This document shows positions 11,511-24,700 of a stretch of DNA of 64,000 nucleotides, in pieces; positions within the stretch are counted from its first letter, which is position 1; each line of letters begins with the position of its first letter. The stretch is from Podarcis gaigeae (taxonomy: Eukaryota), in the NCBI GenBank assembly GCA_964106915.2, contig OZ066928.1, one strand, 5' to 3'. Made by a program: the position numbers and the translations under genes. Below the pieces are notes generated by a model. It searched no databases, was not told the DNA's origin, and saw only the letters and a program-made list of their open reading frames with translations.

Positions 11511-14149
11511 TTCATAACATACCAATCCATTTAATAATAAAGTTTTTAAAATGCTGGAGTGTGTGAAATAAAATGACCAACACTAATCTGCCTATCTGTT
11601 TTGTGAGAATTTATTTCTACATATTATGAAGTGGAATTCTGCTTAGGTCCACTGAGTGTCAGTTGTTTGCTTTCCATAATGACTTGCAAGACAAAATGGG
11701 CAATGAGGAAAGAAGGGAGAGCAAAGTAAAAGCTTGGCCACTCCCTGGGATGACTGCAGTAGTGCCCCTGACCTACCCACCAGGGTTATTGTAAAAATGA
11801 TTCAGAAAAATGTCTCATTACATACCCTGAACACTCAAAAAGCATTTAAAAAGTTAAAACCACTACTATGCTAAACAGAGCAGCACAATATACTCTTAAT
11901 ACTATTCACAAACATAGTGAATAGTGAAAACTCCAGCATAGCTGCATGTACACCACCAGGTTATGCAAAACATACATGGAGAGTCATCTGAGGATTGAAT
12001 GTACCCAAATGATACCTGCAGTCCACTTGAGCCTGGGGCTTTACTTCTTATTTGTCAGAAAACAAACAAATATTTTTCTACTCATCTCCAAGAGAATATT
12101 TATAATTGACCATTTGCTTCAACACAAAAGAGAAACACAACTCAAATGCTGCTGGAACAAGAATTTCCAGGAATTTGGAATCTTCTGGAGGTCAGCTTAA
12201 GATCAAATGCTACTTGTTACAAAGACACATCTCTCACATGCAAATGTTCAATTGCAATGCCAGGTACTAATTAAAAGCTCTAATAAAGGCCAGCAGGGAT
12301 TTAAAAACAAACAAACAAAACACCTACAGTACTGAAAAGAAAAGGAAGCCTTCCTTGCATCAATGCTAACACCAACCATACTTCAATATACAAAAGAAAT
12401 AATTGTTATGTATCCCACCTTTCTACTCAGTGAAAAATATCTCCACAAAACTTACATTAGGAGAGAAACACTATCCTGGGAAACAGAATTTGAAGATAAG
12501 AAAGCAAGGGATACTTCTGAACCTAACCAGGCTCCACAGAAGTAATGATACAAGTCTTGTATAAACCTGTCCATACATATAGATCCACAGAGCCCCAATA
12601 TCAGGCACCATTGTTTGTCTTCAGAAGGCACTGGGTTTTCAACATACCTTCCCTAGATTTCCATGTCCTTCATACCAGGTAAAAAATGTTTCCCTGCACC
12701 GCCTGTCTTTTTACTCAGAGTGTCAATGTATATTGTGATTTACTGTTGCTGTTTTTAATCTAGTTTTTATTGCAGTTTTATCTGGATGCTTGTTTCTGCT
12801 GCTGGGCTATTCCAGTTTCATGAGAGTTATTTTAGTATGGATTCTGTGTTCTCCTTTTTTATTCTACAAGCCACTTTTAGGAGAGGTAGGGTATAGATTC
12901 ATTTAATACAGTAAATGCATTTTTAAAAAGTAGAAAAGCAGCATCTCTCACTGCATTATTACTCGCACTGTATATTCCAGTATATTCCATTGCCTTTGCA
13001 GTGTTATATAGCCATCATGCACAGTGCAGAGCATAGAAATCAAAGACAATCTTGAAAACACAAGAAACAAAAGTTTGCATAGACTTGGAAATGAGTTGCT
13101 GAGCAGACATGTGCCAGGATACTGCCAGTTAAGCAGACCTTTGAATGAATAAGTGGAAAGAGTCAGAGGAAATCTTCAACTGGGGAGAATTATCTGTTTA
13201 TGTCAAAGACTTCTCCATCTGTGAAAACATTTCTGTGGGACACTTGAAGCACCAGCTGCAGGGATGGGCTGCGTTCACGCATCACACATCTCCACTGTTC
13301 TGTGACTTTCCCATTTAACTAGGACAGCCACAGGACAGTTCCAGTGTGTGCCAGGGGAATTGTGGAACAGCCCCACAGCTGCTAGTCACATGTAAGGGGA
13401 GATGTTAGAAAGTGACAGCTTGGCAGACCAGGAGGACCCTGGCCTCCTACCAGGAGTGGCCTTTGAGGCTCACTAGAGGATTTAAAGGCCCCATTCAGGG
13501 CTGCTGTCTACCTAGCAGCTTTGTGGTTTTGCAGACCCTGCACTAACTACTCTATCCTGATTCAGGCACTAAAGAAACTAAAACAGAATGGATGCTCAAG
13601 TATACTGGCAAGGGCAATGTTGACCCTATATCAAAACTGTAAGCACCCTCAAAATGTTAAAAACTGCATCCAGTAGAAAACCATTTAGAAACCCTTACCT
13701 GCATGCTACCATCCCCAGAGGCCTCCAACTAAGGTGCATGGAAGGCTGGTAGCTACTAAGTATTCCAAATAACCCCCTCCTCCAGTACTAGCAGAAGACC
13801 TCCATCTCAGCTGCCACTTCATATCATTTATCTTCATACCACTTCATACCTCTCTTGTTGTCTTAGCTACACAACAGTGTCTGGTACTACCTGCTTGCTG
13901 CAGATGCTCTTGTAGACTGTTATCTATCCCTTCCAAATACCATTTGGCCTTACAAGAAACCTAGCCAGGAGGAGGGCTATTTCAGGCCCCTCACTCAATT
14001 TTTTACTCTTCACTTTTTAAAGGTAAATCTGTATCCCATTTATGTGCAGAGAAACAAGAGATAAGTGTGCAGGCAGTTTACAACCCAACTGCTAAATATG
14101 TAACAATGCAATTAATAATTTTTTTTATAAAAAAAACTTATAACAGGTA

Positions 14150-14400
14150 TTTCTGTTCTGTTCTGTAAGGATTCTCTCTCTCCACTCTCTTGAAACGAGC
14201 CTGTGTGCAACCCAGGCTCCTTACCCACAAACATGGGACTGATTTATAATGGGGAGGATCGTGTTGGATAATAACACTGATGTACTGGCCGATGCAGACT
14301 CATCTTGTTAAGACATCAAAACAGGGCAGCCAAGAACCAGCAACATAAAAAAGATGTAAGATGCAAATAGATTTTAAATAACTGAAGTTGGACAAATCAG
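14150..14400. promoter_or_regulatory. Candidate conserved non-coding element
   Basis: TGATTTAT at 14240-14247, an ACATCAAA (TCF-like) site, retained CpGs, and no repeat signature. Confidence 0.3.
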
Positions 14401-15492
14401 AAGCTATGTCTCAGACATAGCTTTCTTGAAGGATCCTGGCAGCTTGTCTTCCATGTCTGCAACTTCAGAGTTAGACAATCAAGTAAATTGCCCACAAAGA
14501 TCCAGAGAATCATCCAGCAATGAAATACTTTCACTTCAGAGCCTGGTGTGTGAACCAGTTTGGCATAGCTTTGCTATGAATGGCTGGTTTGCAATGCCTA
14601 ACATCAGTGCTATTTTTCTAAATTTGCTGGAACTCACCATGAACTCACCTTTGCTCTCTGGAAAAAACCCCAGCCTAATATGGGCAGCAAATTCCTATTA
14701 CTATTGTAGGTGGTTAAAAAAAGAAATTTTAAAAAATCAAGCTGAATGTCCCCTGTTCATCTCCCAATCAAGCGAGGAATTGTTTTAAGGCACATTTTTT
14801 TAAAAAAGAAAAGCTATTTACATGGTTTGGTTGGGTTGAGACTTAATTCATTCCAGGGAAACAAACTCCCTGCTCACCTGTATAAACACTTCTACCACCT
14901 CACTTGACAGTGCTTATTATTAATAGGTGTAAGCAGTGCTAATTGGAGCATACTGGCAAACACATGACCCCTTCCCCTTTATTTTTTACTGCAGGGTTTG
15001 TAATATTACCCAATTAGACCAACTCCCATGATTCAAGCTGCATCAAACTCCAACTTGCAAATCTGCAGATGTTACAACCCGGCTGTAAATCTTGAGATGG
15101 CTCTCCAAAAGCTAAATATATTTTCAAAGGCACAAAAGGGAATAAAATTATATGTCTTAAATAATTCAGTTAACCTCTTTCTCCCTCCTTCTTCCATGCT
15201 CCCATTTGCCTAAATCTAGTTAGGTCGCACCTTCTAAGTAATTCATACTATGGCTATACATACAAATGTCATATTAGAGCTCTTTATTAGCAGAATAAAT
15301 ATGCTCCACCTCTTTTAAGGTCATCAGGTGCAAATGCCCACATTTGCTATCTATTAAGAACATAAAATGAGTCATGCTGCATTATTTATTTTAAATAAAT
15401 ACATACATAAATAAATATAAACAGTCACAGAGCAGCGGTCATATGAACATAAGAGCAACAATGGTGAATCAGACCAAAAGGTCCATCTTGTC

Positions 15493-15632
15493 CAGGAATG
15501 GGGAACCAGTGACCCTTCAGATATTGTTGGACACCAATTCCCATTAGTCCCAGCCAGCACTGACAATGGTAATAAAGTATGTGGGAGTTGCCATCCAACA
15601 ACGTCTGGAGGGCAGATAGTTTTCCATCTCTG
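15493..15632. mobile_element. Short palindromic hAT MITE nested in a minus-strand CR1 tail (about 15445-15830)
   Basis: caggaatggggaacc...gttttccatctctg termini with imperfect TSD atcttgtc/gtctagtc; it splits the CR1 motif ggtccatctagtcc. Confidence 0.7.
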
Positions 15633-16009
15633 GTCTAGTCCAATATTCCTTTCCAACAGGGAGTGGCCATCCAGGCGCCCCTCTCACTGTCACCATTCCA
15701 TGTTTGTGGGATTCAGAAACACACTGCTCTTGAACATGCAGGTTCCATTTAACTATATGGTTAAAATCTGCCAACAAACCAAGCCTCCATGGATTTCTCT
15801 AATTTCCTGATAAAAGGCAAATAAACTCAGTGGTCATTATTACCATATATTGTGCCAGTGAATTCTATGCCCAGGATCTATTGCCAATCACTTTCACTAG
15901 ACGACTCAATTGTAGTATTGCGGACTAGTAAAGGGGAAAAAGTCCTCTGCTTCCTCAACAAAAGTTATTATCTACTTTCTCATTTCTCATGCCTTCATAT
16001 AAGCATAAC

Positions 16010-16760
16010 ATCATAGAATTGGAAGGAACCCTAAGGTACATCTAGTCCAACGCCCTGCAATCTCAACTACGACAGATGGTAATCCAACCTCTACTTAAAA
16101 ACCTCCAAGGAAGAAAAACCCACCACCTTTCGAGGGAGTCTGTTTCACTGTCAAACAGCTCTTACTGTCAGAAAGTTCTTTACAATGTTTAGTTGTAATC
16201 TGCTTTCATGTACCTCGAAGACATTGGTAGGGGTCCTATGGAAGAAAACAAGCTTGCTCCTTCTTCAATGTGACAACTCTTTAGATATTTGAAGATGGCT
16301 ATCATGTCTCCTCTCAGTCTCCTCTTATCCAGGCTATACATACCTAACTCCCTCAACCATTCCTCATAATGTTTGGTTTCCAGACCCTTGATCATTTTGG
16401 TTGCCCTCCTTTGCACACGTTCCTGCTTGTCAACATTCTTCTTAAATTGTGATGCACAGAACTGGACACAGTACTCCAGACAGAACAGAGTGGTACTATT
16501 ACTTCCCTTGACCGGGACTGTGCTTCTGTTGATGCAGTCTGGAATAGCACTAGCTATTTTGCTGCTATATCACACTGTTGACTCATGTTAAGCTTGTGGT
16601 CTACTAAGACCCCCTAGATCCTTTCCACAAATATTACTGGTATCCCCCATCTTATATTTGTGCATCTGGTTCTTCCTGCCTAAGTGTAGAATCTGACATT
16701 TTTCCCTACTGAATTTTATTTGGTTAGTTTGGGCCCTGTTCTCCAATCTCTTAAACCACT
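16010..16760 (-). mobile_element. CR1 LINE 3' fragment
   Basis: Translates to QRRATKMIKGLE...YEEWLRELGMYSLDKRRLRGDMIAIFKYLK and FSREKCQILHLGRKN (CR1 ORF2 C-terminus), followed by the tail. Confidence 0.93.
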
Positions 16761-17155
16761 GTGGCAATGGCTGCTCTTCCCAGTTCATTTTATTTTAAAA
16801 ATAAAATAAAATGAGGTAATATCCTCAGCATTTGTTACCAGAAATGATGTGAGCCCTTACACTCGATGAACCCCCCACTCCTTGTCGTATGGACTTTAGA
16901 ACTGTAACATGGTAATTTGTTGGGACTGTGATTCTTATCCACTTATGGCCTTGGATAGTGCTAGGTCCTCTTCAAGCAGTCTCCTGTATGTCCTGAGCCT
17001 AGGGTGCAACTGGAGGGATCACTGCTAGGTTTGCTTTGTTTATGGTTTGTACGTTCGCTGAGCAATGGGATTTTTTAAAAAAAGCAGTGGCAGTGGTCAG
17101 ACTGCCACCTCTGAGAATTCAGGTTACAGTGCATTTACAGCACCAATGAGCTGTT

Positions 17156-17158
<3 letters not shown>

Positions 17159-17209
<51 letters not shown>
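17159..17209. repeat. Compound (CT)n(CA)n microsatellite
   Basis: Seen directly. Confidence 0.95.
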
Positions 17210-17610
17210 TTAATTTTCAGCATGCTATAACAGTCTTACTTTCAAAACCAGTAATTTTCACACTCCAAAATCACAGTATTTACTAGCAGAGTTGTAAGAT
17301 ACAGCAACACGGCCAACGAACTGGGTATTTAACCAGCCAAAGAGGAATAATTTACAGGATATGTAGCAAAACAAAGTACAAAGGGAACACTTTTTTTAAA
17401 AATAGGTGCAGTTGTATAGCTCCAAAAAACCAGGTACAGTTAACTATAATTTCATTCCACCCCACCCCCCATTATAGGTAAAATGATACAAAGCAGAAGC
17501 TGACGATAAATTTTTCCTTTCAGTTTTAATCAGGCTTCCTGTTGTACAAGCGCAGCAGACAGTGACGCGAGACGCTGCCTCCCAACTTCGGTTCACCTTT
17601 GCAGTTCCAC

Positions 17611-17750
17611 NNNNNNNNNNNNNNNNNNNNNNNNNNNNNNNNNNNNNNNNNNNNNNNNNNNNNNNNNNNNNNNNNNNNNNNNNNNNNNNNNNNNNNNNNN
17701 NNNNNNNNNNNNNNNNNNNNNNNNNNNNNNNNNNNNNNNNNNNNNNNNNN
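17611..17750. other. N-run, 140 bp
   Basis: Seen directly; left flank is CpG-rich (gtgacgcgagacgc). Confidence 0.98.
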
Positions 17751-18319
17751 GCCAGGCACCTGGGGCCTGGCTGCTGAGGCGCCACAAGAGCACCAAGACA
17801 GTCTTCAACTCAATCACAAGGTTTTAACCCTCCAATTATAATCTTATTAACAAGCCACCATCACTCCAGCTTCTGATTTCCCTCTGTCACTATGACTGCA
17901 AAATGTATTTCTGTTGCTGCACCTTAATTTTACATTAAGGAGAAGGAAAAACTTTTAATATGAATCTGAGCAATAAAGCAAGTGGTTTGATTTCACAGTA
18001 ATGATGGCTGGGACCTAGAAAGAGTGGAGTTGGAGAACAAGAGAGAGAACTTATGAAATAACTCATAACAAGTTGCAACTACAATATCTGAATTCTATGA
18101 GACATATTCAAATTAGTTTAAAATCCTCTATCTGCAAAGTGAGGTGTTTGTTCTTTCCTTAAGTTTGGTTAATGTTGTTTCCAGAATTAGTTTTAGTAGA
18201 GTCTGGAGGCAGGCCAACAAGTAAGAGGGCAACTGATAAGAAGGTCTTCTGAATACATCCTTCCTCCTTGACCATTAGGTATCACAAAGAGTTTCTGAGT
18301 TAACCTGACATCAAGTGGA

Positions 18320-18525
18320 GCAAAGGAAGTTGCCTTATGCCTGACCAAACCAATGGTCCATCTAGCTCAGTATTGGCCATGCTTGCTGGGACTGCTTGCC
18401 TAGACTGACTGGCAGAGACTCTGCAGAATTTCAGACAAGACTCTCTCCCAGCCCTACCTGGAAAAGCAGAGGACTGAACCTGACACTTTCTGTATGTAAA
18501 GCACATGCCTCATCACTAAGCCGTT
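18320..18525 (-). mobile_element. Old tRNA-head SINE with CR1-like tail
   Basis: ggaagttgccttat..ggtccatctagctcagtatt tail and ggactgaacctgacactttctgtatgtaaagc head (reverse complement). Related pieces lie at about 35750-35885 (+) and 55230-55310 (+). Confidence 0.6.
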
Positions 18526-19079
18526 ATAGCTGTTCTCCTTAAGTCTCATTCACTGCCAGGAACGTGTATTCAATTTTAAAAACAAATGCTGATGTTTTGA
18601 AGGTTGCTGTTGATTCCACCAAATGTTGCAGGCTGACTCCGGGCCACACTGGCTAGCAACAATGTATCTGCTGGTTAAAATTAACCTTATATAAAAAGAT
18701 TTCACTCGCTTTTTCTCACGACAGAAAAGGTACATACAGGTATTGACACAGGCTAGAAGCACCTTGAGGAGAGATGGAGTAGAAAATGGTTTAAGAAATA
18801 ATAATAAAAAATACACTATCTAATTGCTAATGCAAATTTGAACTTTGAGCAATAAAGAGGGGTTGTCCCTTCAAAGAAATAGCCAACACCTTTTGATGCT
18901 ATAATGAGCTTAGTCTGCCAGGCTGCCGCAAGTAGAAACTTGGCAGTCTGGGGAAATTGGCAGTTCAGGTGACACTTCTTACACAGAATCCTAGTGTTGC
19001 CTAGTATCTTTCAAGCCCAGTTTCACCCATACATAAAAGTGGAGGAATATTGACCAGCTTTATAAAAGATGAGGGCAAA

Positions 19080-20795
19080 AACAATCAAGGATCAGGTACA
19101 CAGTCTGGGATTGCTTCTGGATCGAGCTATGTCACTGGAGACCCAGGCAGCTTCAGTCGCTAGAAGCACCATTTATCAGATGTGCATGGTACAACAGCTA
19201 GGACCATTCCTGGACAAGGGGAGCTTGAACACAGAAGTTCAGTTCAGGCGTTGGCGACTTAAAGACTGGATTATTGCAGTGTTTACCATGGGGGGATTGT
19301 CTTGGGCTTCATCTGGAAACTGCAGGTAGTGCAGAATTTTAAAGCCTGGTTGCTGAGAGGAGTGAGGTCCTGTCAGCACATAACACTTCTGCTCAGAGAT
19401 CTGCACTGGTTGCCGATTTGTTACGAAGCCAAGTTTTGAAGATGTTACTATTGGTATATAAAGCCCTTAACAGCATGGGACTAGCTTACTTGTAGAATCA
19501 TCTTACAGTATATGTGCCCACTTGACCACTTTAATCTGCAGAACTGGCATTGTACAGACACCACACAATACTTGTTCTACACTTGTAAGAAATCAATTTT
19601 TAGTATGAGAGCAACTACAGTTTGGAACTCCCTGCACAATCACCAACTCCTATGGGCCACAGTGTCTTTGGCCCCCTCTATATTGTTTAGCAGGAGCTCA
19701 GGCCCCCTCACCCAATATTGAAGGAGTGGAGGAGCCCAAGCATCTGGCCAGCACTGCCACTACCTCCTCCTCCCACCCCTGCTGCCACGAGGCTCTCAGC
19801 ATAAGCAGCTACAGAGATCACAACTTGGGTGGGTCCATAACTGGCAAGCCATCTTGCTGCTATGGAGCCCTGCTGCAGCACTCTGTTGCCATTCACATTT
19901 CTCCCATCACTGCCACTGACTGTAGCTGTTGTGGCCGATGTGGCAGCGTCTCCCACTCTGGCCACGCCAGCCTTAGTCATGCTGCAGCCCAGCTGGCAGG
20001 AGGCTTGCCTGGTCCACCGCCAGGCTCAGTGGGCTGGGCTAGGTCTTAGCCTTCTCCCAGCTTCATGTGCGTGATGTCATAGGTGGAGTATGACACTGAC
20101 CCCCATCAATGTTGGGCCCAAGGCCACACCTCTGTCAGGCAGGCACCTTCAATGTACAGGCATTCCCCGACTTACACTGGGGTTATGTTATGGGGCCCTG
20201 CGTGCATAAGCAAAACTTAGGTAACTGGGGAGCACCTGTTAATAAGCCTCTACATGCCTGGTTTTTTCCTGTTCTCCAGCTCTCTCTCCACATCACCCTC
20301 TCTTCTATTAGCTTTGAAGCTCTGGGGCCAGTTGGAGCCTAGAGGACATGTAGAAAAGCAGCAGTGTGCTACCTCACACGTCAGCTGTTAGACAGGGAGG
20401 ATGAGCAGTCTCTTTGGGGCTTTCCCAACCCTCAGTGAGGGTTTCCTTGCAAGCCATGAGGACTCTCCTGCTTTCTCCCACCATTTCCTCATTTGATTCT
20501 ATTTATTTATTTCACAGCACTGCACGTAAGTGGTTGTGTGTGGGTCAATCATGCGTAAGTTGGGGGGATGCCTGTATTCTTTTCGGCACTTGCTTAAAAC
20601 ATTCTTGTTTAGTGAAGCCTATCCAGACATGTAGATGTTGACTTGTTTTATTTTTATTTTTGGTTTATGGCTGGTCATTTTTTTAAAATGCTTTCAATTG
20701 CTTTTTGAACATTTTTCATTAATAATTAATATTTCTTGTAAACTGGTTAGAGGTTTCACTACAATCAAGTAGTATATAAATTTTGTTAAATAAAA
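19080..20795 (+). mobile_element. L2-clade LINE 3' fragment in two parts (about 19080-19635 and 20555-20795) with an internal insertion
   Basis: KDQVHSLGLLLD and ctgcactggttgcc (LHWLP), then tggaactccctgc. The 3' UTR resumes at about 20555 and ends in ataaattttgttaaataaa. Confidence 0.75.
19640..20341. mobile_element. GC-rich non-autonomous DNA transposon inserted in L2
   Basis: Termini ccaactcctatgggcc...ggggccagttggagcct; the same left-end motif occurs at about 24400 (gccaactcctaggggcc). Confidence 0.45.
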
Positions 20796-21610
20796 GCAAA
20801 AGGAGTACAATAATTATTATTATGAGTTTTTTGTTTTTTTTTTAAAAAGCAAGTATGTCCAAGTGAGAATTATGTTCATACCATGCCTCACAAGATTAAG
20901 CAAATCAATCTTTCTCCATGGTTAAATAAGAATGACATATAATGCACAGACACCCATTCTTCCAAGAGCCAGCAACTTTCATGTGGCTAGGAAATAAGCT
21001 CCAAACAATGCTTCCAACTACAGGAGAAAAGGGAGAAAGCAAAATCCAGTATTAAAAAAATAAATAAGAGCCTAATTAGTTTGATAGCAGTCATAGTCGC
21101 AGCACTATTAATGCTAATGAGCTGCGGGGAAGACAGAACCAAAGGAAACCATGTATAGGAAAGGCAGCGTTTAACCTAGAAACCTAATAAAGTTGCACCT
21201 CTAGCACAGGGAGTATTTGTAGCTCAGCTCCAACATCAGTGTTTGGTCTAGAGGGATTTCTTTTCCCTCAAACAACCTGTCTGTCTCCCTTCTCTTCTGA
21301 TACAAAACTCCCAGCTCCAATCAAAACATCTCTCAAGGGATTGCCCTACAGCTCCATGCAGCTCCATGTGGTTTTTGATATCAGGCATTATCTCATTGAT
21401 CAAGTGCAGCAAAAAGCAAAGCTGCTGCTTAGCCTAGAACAAAGAGGGAGACCCGGGTTGCTGGGTTTCCTCTATCACATCAAAAAGGGCTAAGAGTCTT
21501 TTAGCCTGAAAAGCAAGCAGGCTGCTGGCTAGAAATACACAATGCAACCATCACCTTTACCTTCAAACTTGGCACAAGTCAATAACCTTTTATTTACAGT
21601 TATTTACTTA

Positions 21611-21762
21611 CATGGGCATAGCCAGGATTGGGGGGGGGGGGGCAGAACTAAGCTATGTGAGCAATTGGTCAGTTAGTTAAGTATTTTTATTTATTTATTT
21701 ATTTATTTATTTACTTACTTACTTGATTGGGGGGGCAGCTGCCTCCCATAGGTCCGCTCATG
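21611..21762. mobile_element. hAT-like MITE, same family as 42892-43039
   Basis: catgggcatagccaggatt(G)n cagaac...attggtcag...aagtattt shared with the 42892 copy; contains an (ATTT)n tract. Confidence 0.7.
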
Positions 21763-24700
21763 ATTATATACCATTGCTTTGCATGGCTCTTTGCAAGCAA
21801 CATAAGAAACAACAGGCATGTCTCTGCCTCTAGGAGCTAAATTCCAGCTATTAGAAAGGCAATGGGACAAAGGGGAGAGAGAGGCAGAAATAACATGATT
21901 CATGAAGACATGGTTAACTGGCAAAGAGCTAAATGGGAGGGGAAGGGGAGGGAGCATCACATGGTTGTTCAGGGAGGAGGGTCCAGTTTTTTTCCATGGA
22001 ACTCTCTCTGCAGGGAGGCTCTCCTGAGTCCGGTTGCTAACCCTGCCATCTTTTCAACACAAGGCAAATACCATTTTTACATTATCCCAGCTCCCCCCTC
22101 CACTTCTTCTACTGATTTTAATTGCTATTTCATGACCTTTTGAAAATGTATGTCTGTGTGTTGCCATTTCAATCCTATAAACTGGAATCTTAAAAATATT
22201 GGCTAGTACAGAATCTAATAAATAATATTTATATTATTTTAACTGCTGTTTTAATATTGTTTCATTGAAATGGTATATTATATAGAAATAACATTTTCAT
22301 GTTGCATAAGCTGAGTGGGGAGGACTTTTTGCTGAATTCAAACAAAAAATATTAAATTATCAAAATCCTTCCTCCAAAGCATAAGCAGATGTGTTTGGGA
22401 CAAAATGTGACTCAGTACTGCCAGTTTTGGTGGCAGGGCACAGATGTAAGGATAAACTGGCCAGTTCCTGCTATTTCTTCCCTAAGTTTATATCTTAGTT
22501 TATACCCAATTTATATCTAGACTTGCATTTAAAAATAATACCTGTAAAATTTGATTGCTAGTACAGAATGCATTAATGAACATTGCCAGATAGCACATAA
22601 ATGATAAACCGCTAAGGTTTCTGCTATCTTTATTGGCCACTCGTGGCACAAGCTTCTGGCTAGCCCACATAAACCATTCTGGAAAGGCTGTGCTGCTCTC
22701 CTGTCATGTTTGTGTATCCATAAATAGGATAGGTAAAGGATTCTTCTGATTATTAGAGACTTTGGGTTTTGAAATCAGAAACTTTGTGGCCCAAGACTAG
22801 GACCTAACTTAGTGAGCTAAATGAAGGTGTGTGCAATCAGGCCTTACGGCCACAGAATTAACATGAAGGACTGCAAAGGTATCTTATTCAGGCTGGGGCC
22901 TTACCTGAGCAGTAAAGATATTTCTACCATTCACTCTTGCTTTATTCTAGTTCTAATTTACCTATGTTGTTCTTTCCCCCTGTCTTCAGCTCTGATCCAT
23001 AAGTCAAAAAGACACCCCATTTCTGACCCCTGGTTATCATTCAATGGCTGCCTATGGGGCAGCCGACACAAGTAAATAATATGCACAAGTCACTATAAGC
23101 TAGCTCCCACATTCTTATTATTTGGAAGTCAATATTCAGTTCTTTACTCACCTTTGCACTGGCTATGGTTAAATATCACTGGATAGGAGCATTGCTGGGA
23201 GTAGAGTTCCTTCAAACTCTCAGAACAAACTATTTAAGTAATTTTCTTCCTCCATACCAGTTCCCAATTGCTGACAACATTAAACAGATTGTGGAAAACT
23301 CTTCAAGTGTTTCACACAATGAGGGAGTGAGGGCTTAGAGAGATGAATCCCATACAAGGCCCACAAGGAGAGAGAACATAAACATGGAAGTAGGAAGCAT
23401 TTATTGACTAAGTTGGGAAGACAAGAGTCCTAAATGTAGAACAGCTTCATAGGTGAGCCAAGTGAGGCAGAAACATCAAGATCATTCAAGAAACTATTAG
23501 ATACCATCATGTGGGGAAACAAGAGTACTTAAAAAGGGAATGCACCCTGATGCTTCAATGGGCTTTTACTCAATGGAAAACTACATTTCTTACAGCCTCA
23601 TGCACATTTCCTAGACTCTTTTCCGGGGCTGGGCAGTGAGACGTGAAGAACCTTCACAGGTTACTAATATTCTAAAGAGCAAACAGCCCCACTGACAGCA
23701 GAACTGGGAGCTAGAAGGCTCCCATTTTAACCTCAACTGGAGAGCAAACAGCAGTCCTCTGCCTCTCCAGCTCTACCTTCTTCCACCCAACTGTGCCAAA
23801 GATAAGTGCTTAATGTGTTAGCCAGAAGGACTGAATTCTTTTTATCAGGTATTCTAATTACAGCTCTTAAGTAGACCTGCTGTGGTTGAAGAAAAATCAG
23901 CCTGAACATGTTCAGAGGTACTTCTCTTCAGCCAGCTTGCAGCAGTAAGGGATAAAAATAAAAGGTAAGGCTATCACAGCTAATGATATTAAAACAGACT
24001 CCAGATTCAGATTAAACCCTTTATTGCTATTTTCCTTTATAACACGTGAAAAGAAGAACCAGGTGAGAGCATGAGAGAGGCTGTGAATTCCACTAACAGG
24101 TTGAGCACATCCTTCCTAGCGCTTTGCCCATTAGTTAAATGGTCTGTTCCAGCAGCTATTCAAGACCAACTACAGGGTTTCAAAAATCACACACGAATCA
24201 CTGAAAAGTGTCCTGTCACAACTGGTAAGCTGCTTTCTCTGCAGCAGCAACTCTTAAAGGCACCAACTGCCAATAGGCTTTCCTTCCAAAAGCTGTAGAG
24301 TTCTTTCATTGCTGCCATTTATTCATATTATATTATTTCATGTTTATCATGCTTTTATTTAGTTTGTTTTCAGATGTCATGTGAATTCATGTCATTAGAA
24401 GCCAACTCCTAGGGGCCGAGGTCCCTTTGCCCCCCCCCAATAAAATATATGAGAAGGTGCCCCCCCCCCCAGGTTGCACTGCCATTCAAATGGTGTGTGG
24501 GCATCCTGTGATTGATTATACAGGGTGGGACTTACCTGGGCTCCCCTAAATTTTATTCAAGTTGTTGATCAAAATGTGGTCGGGATTATAAATAATTCCG
24601 AAAAGCCATGGTCTGATTCCTCTGCATCCGTTTTCCAGCAACAGTACTTGGCTTCTCTGCTGCACTAGATGGAAGAGTTCTGTTGGGACAGCTGAGCATA

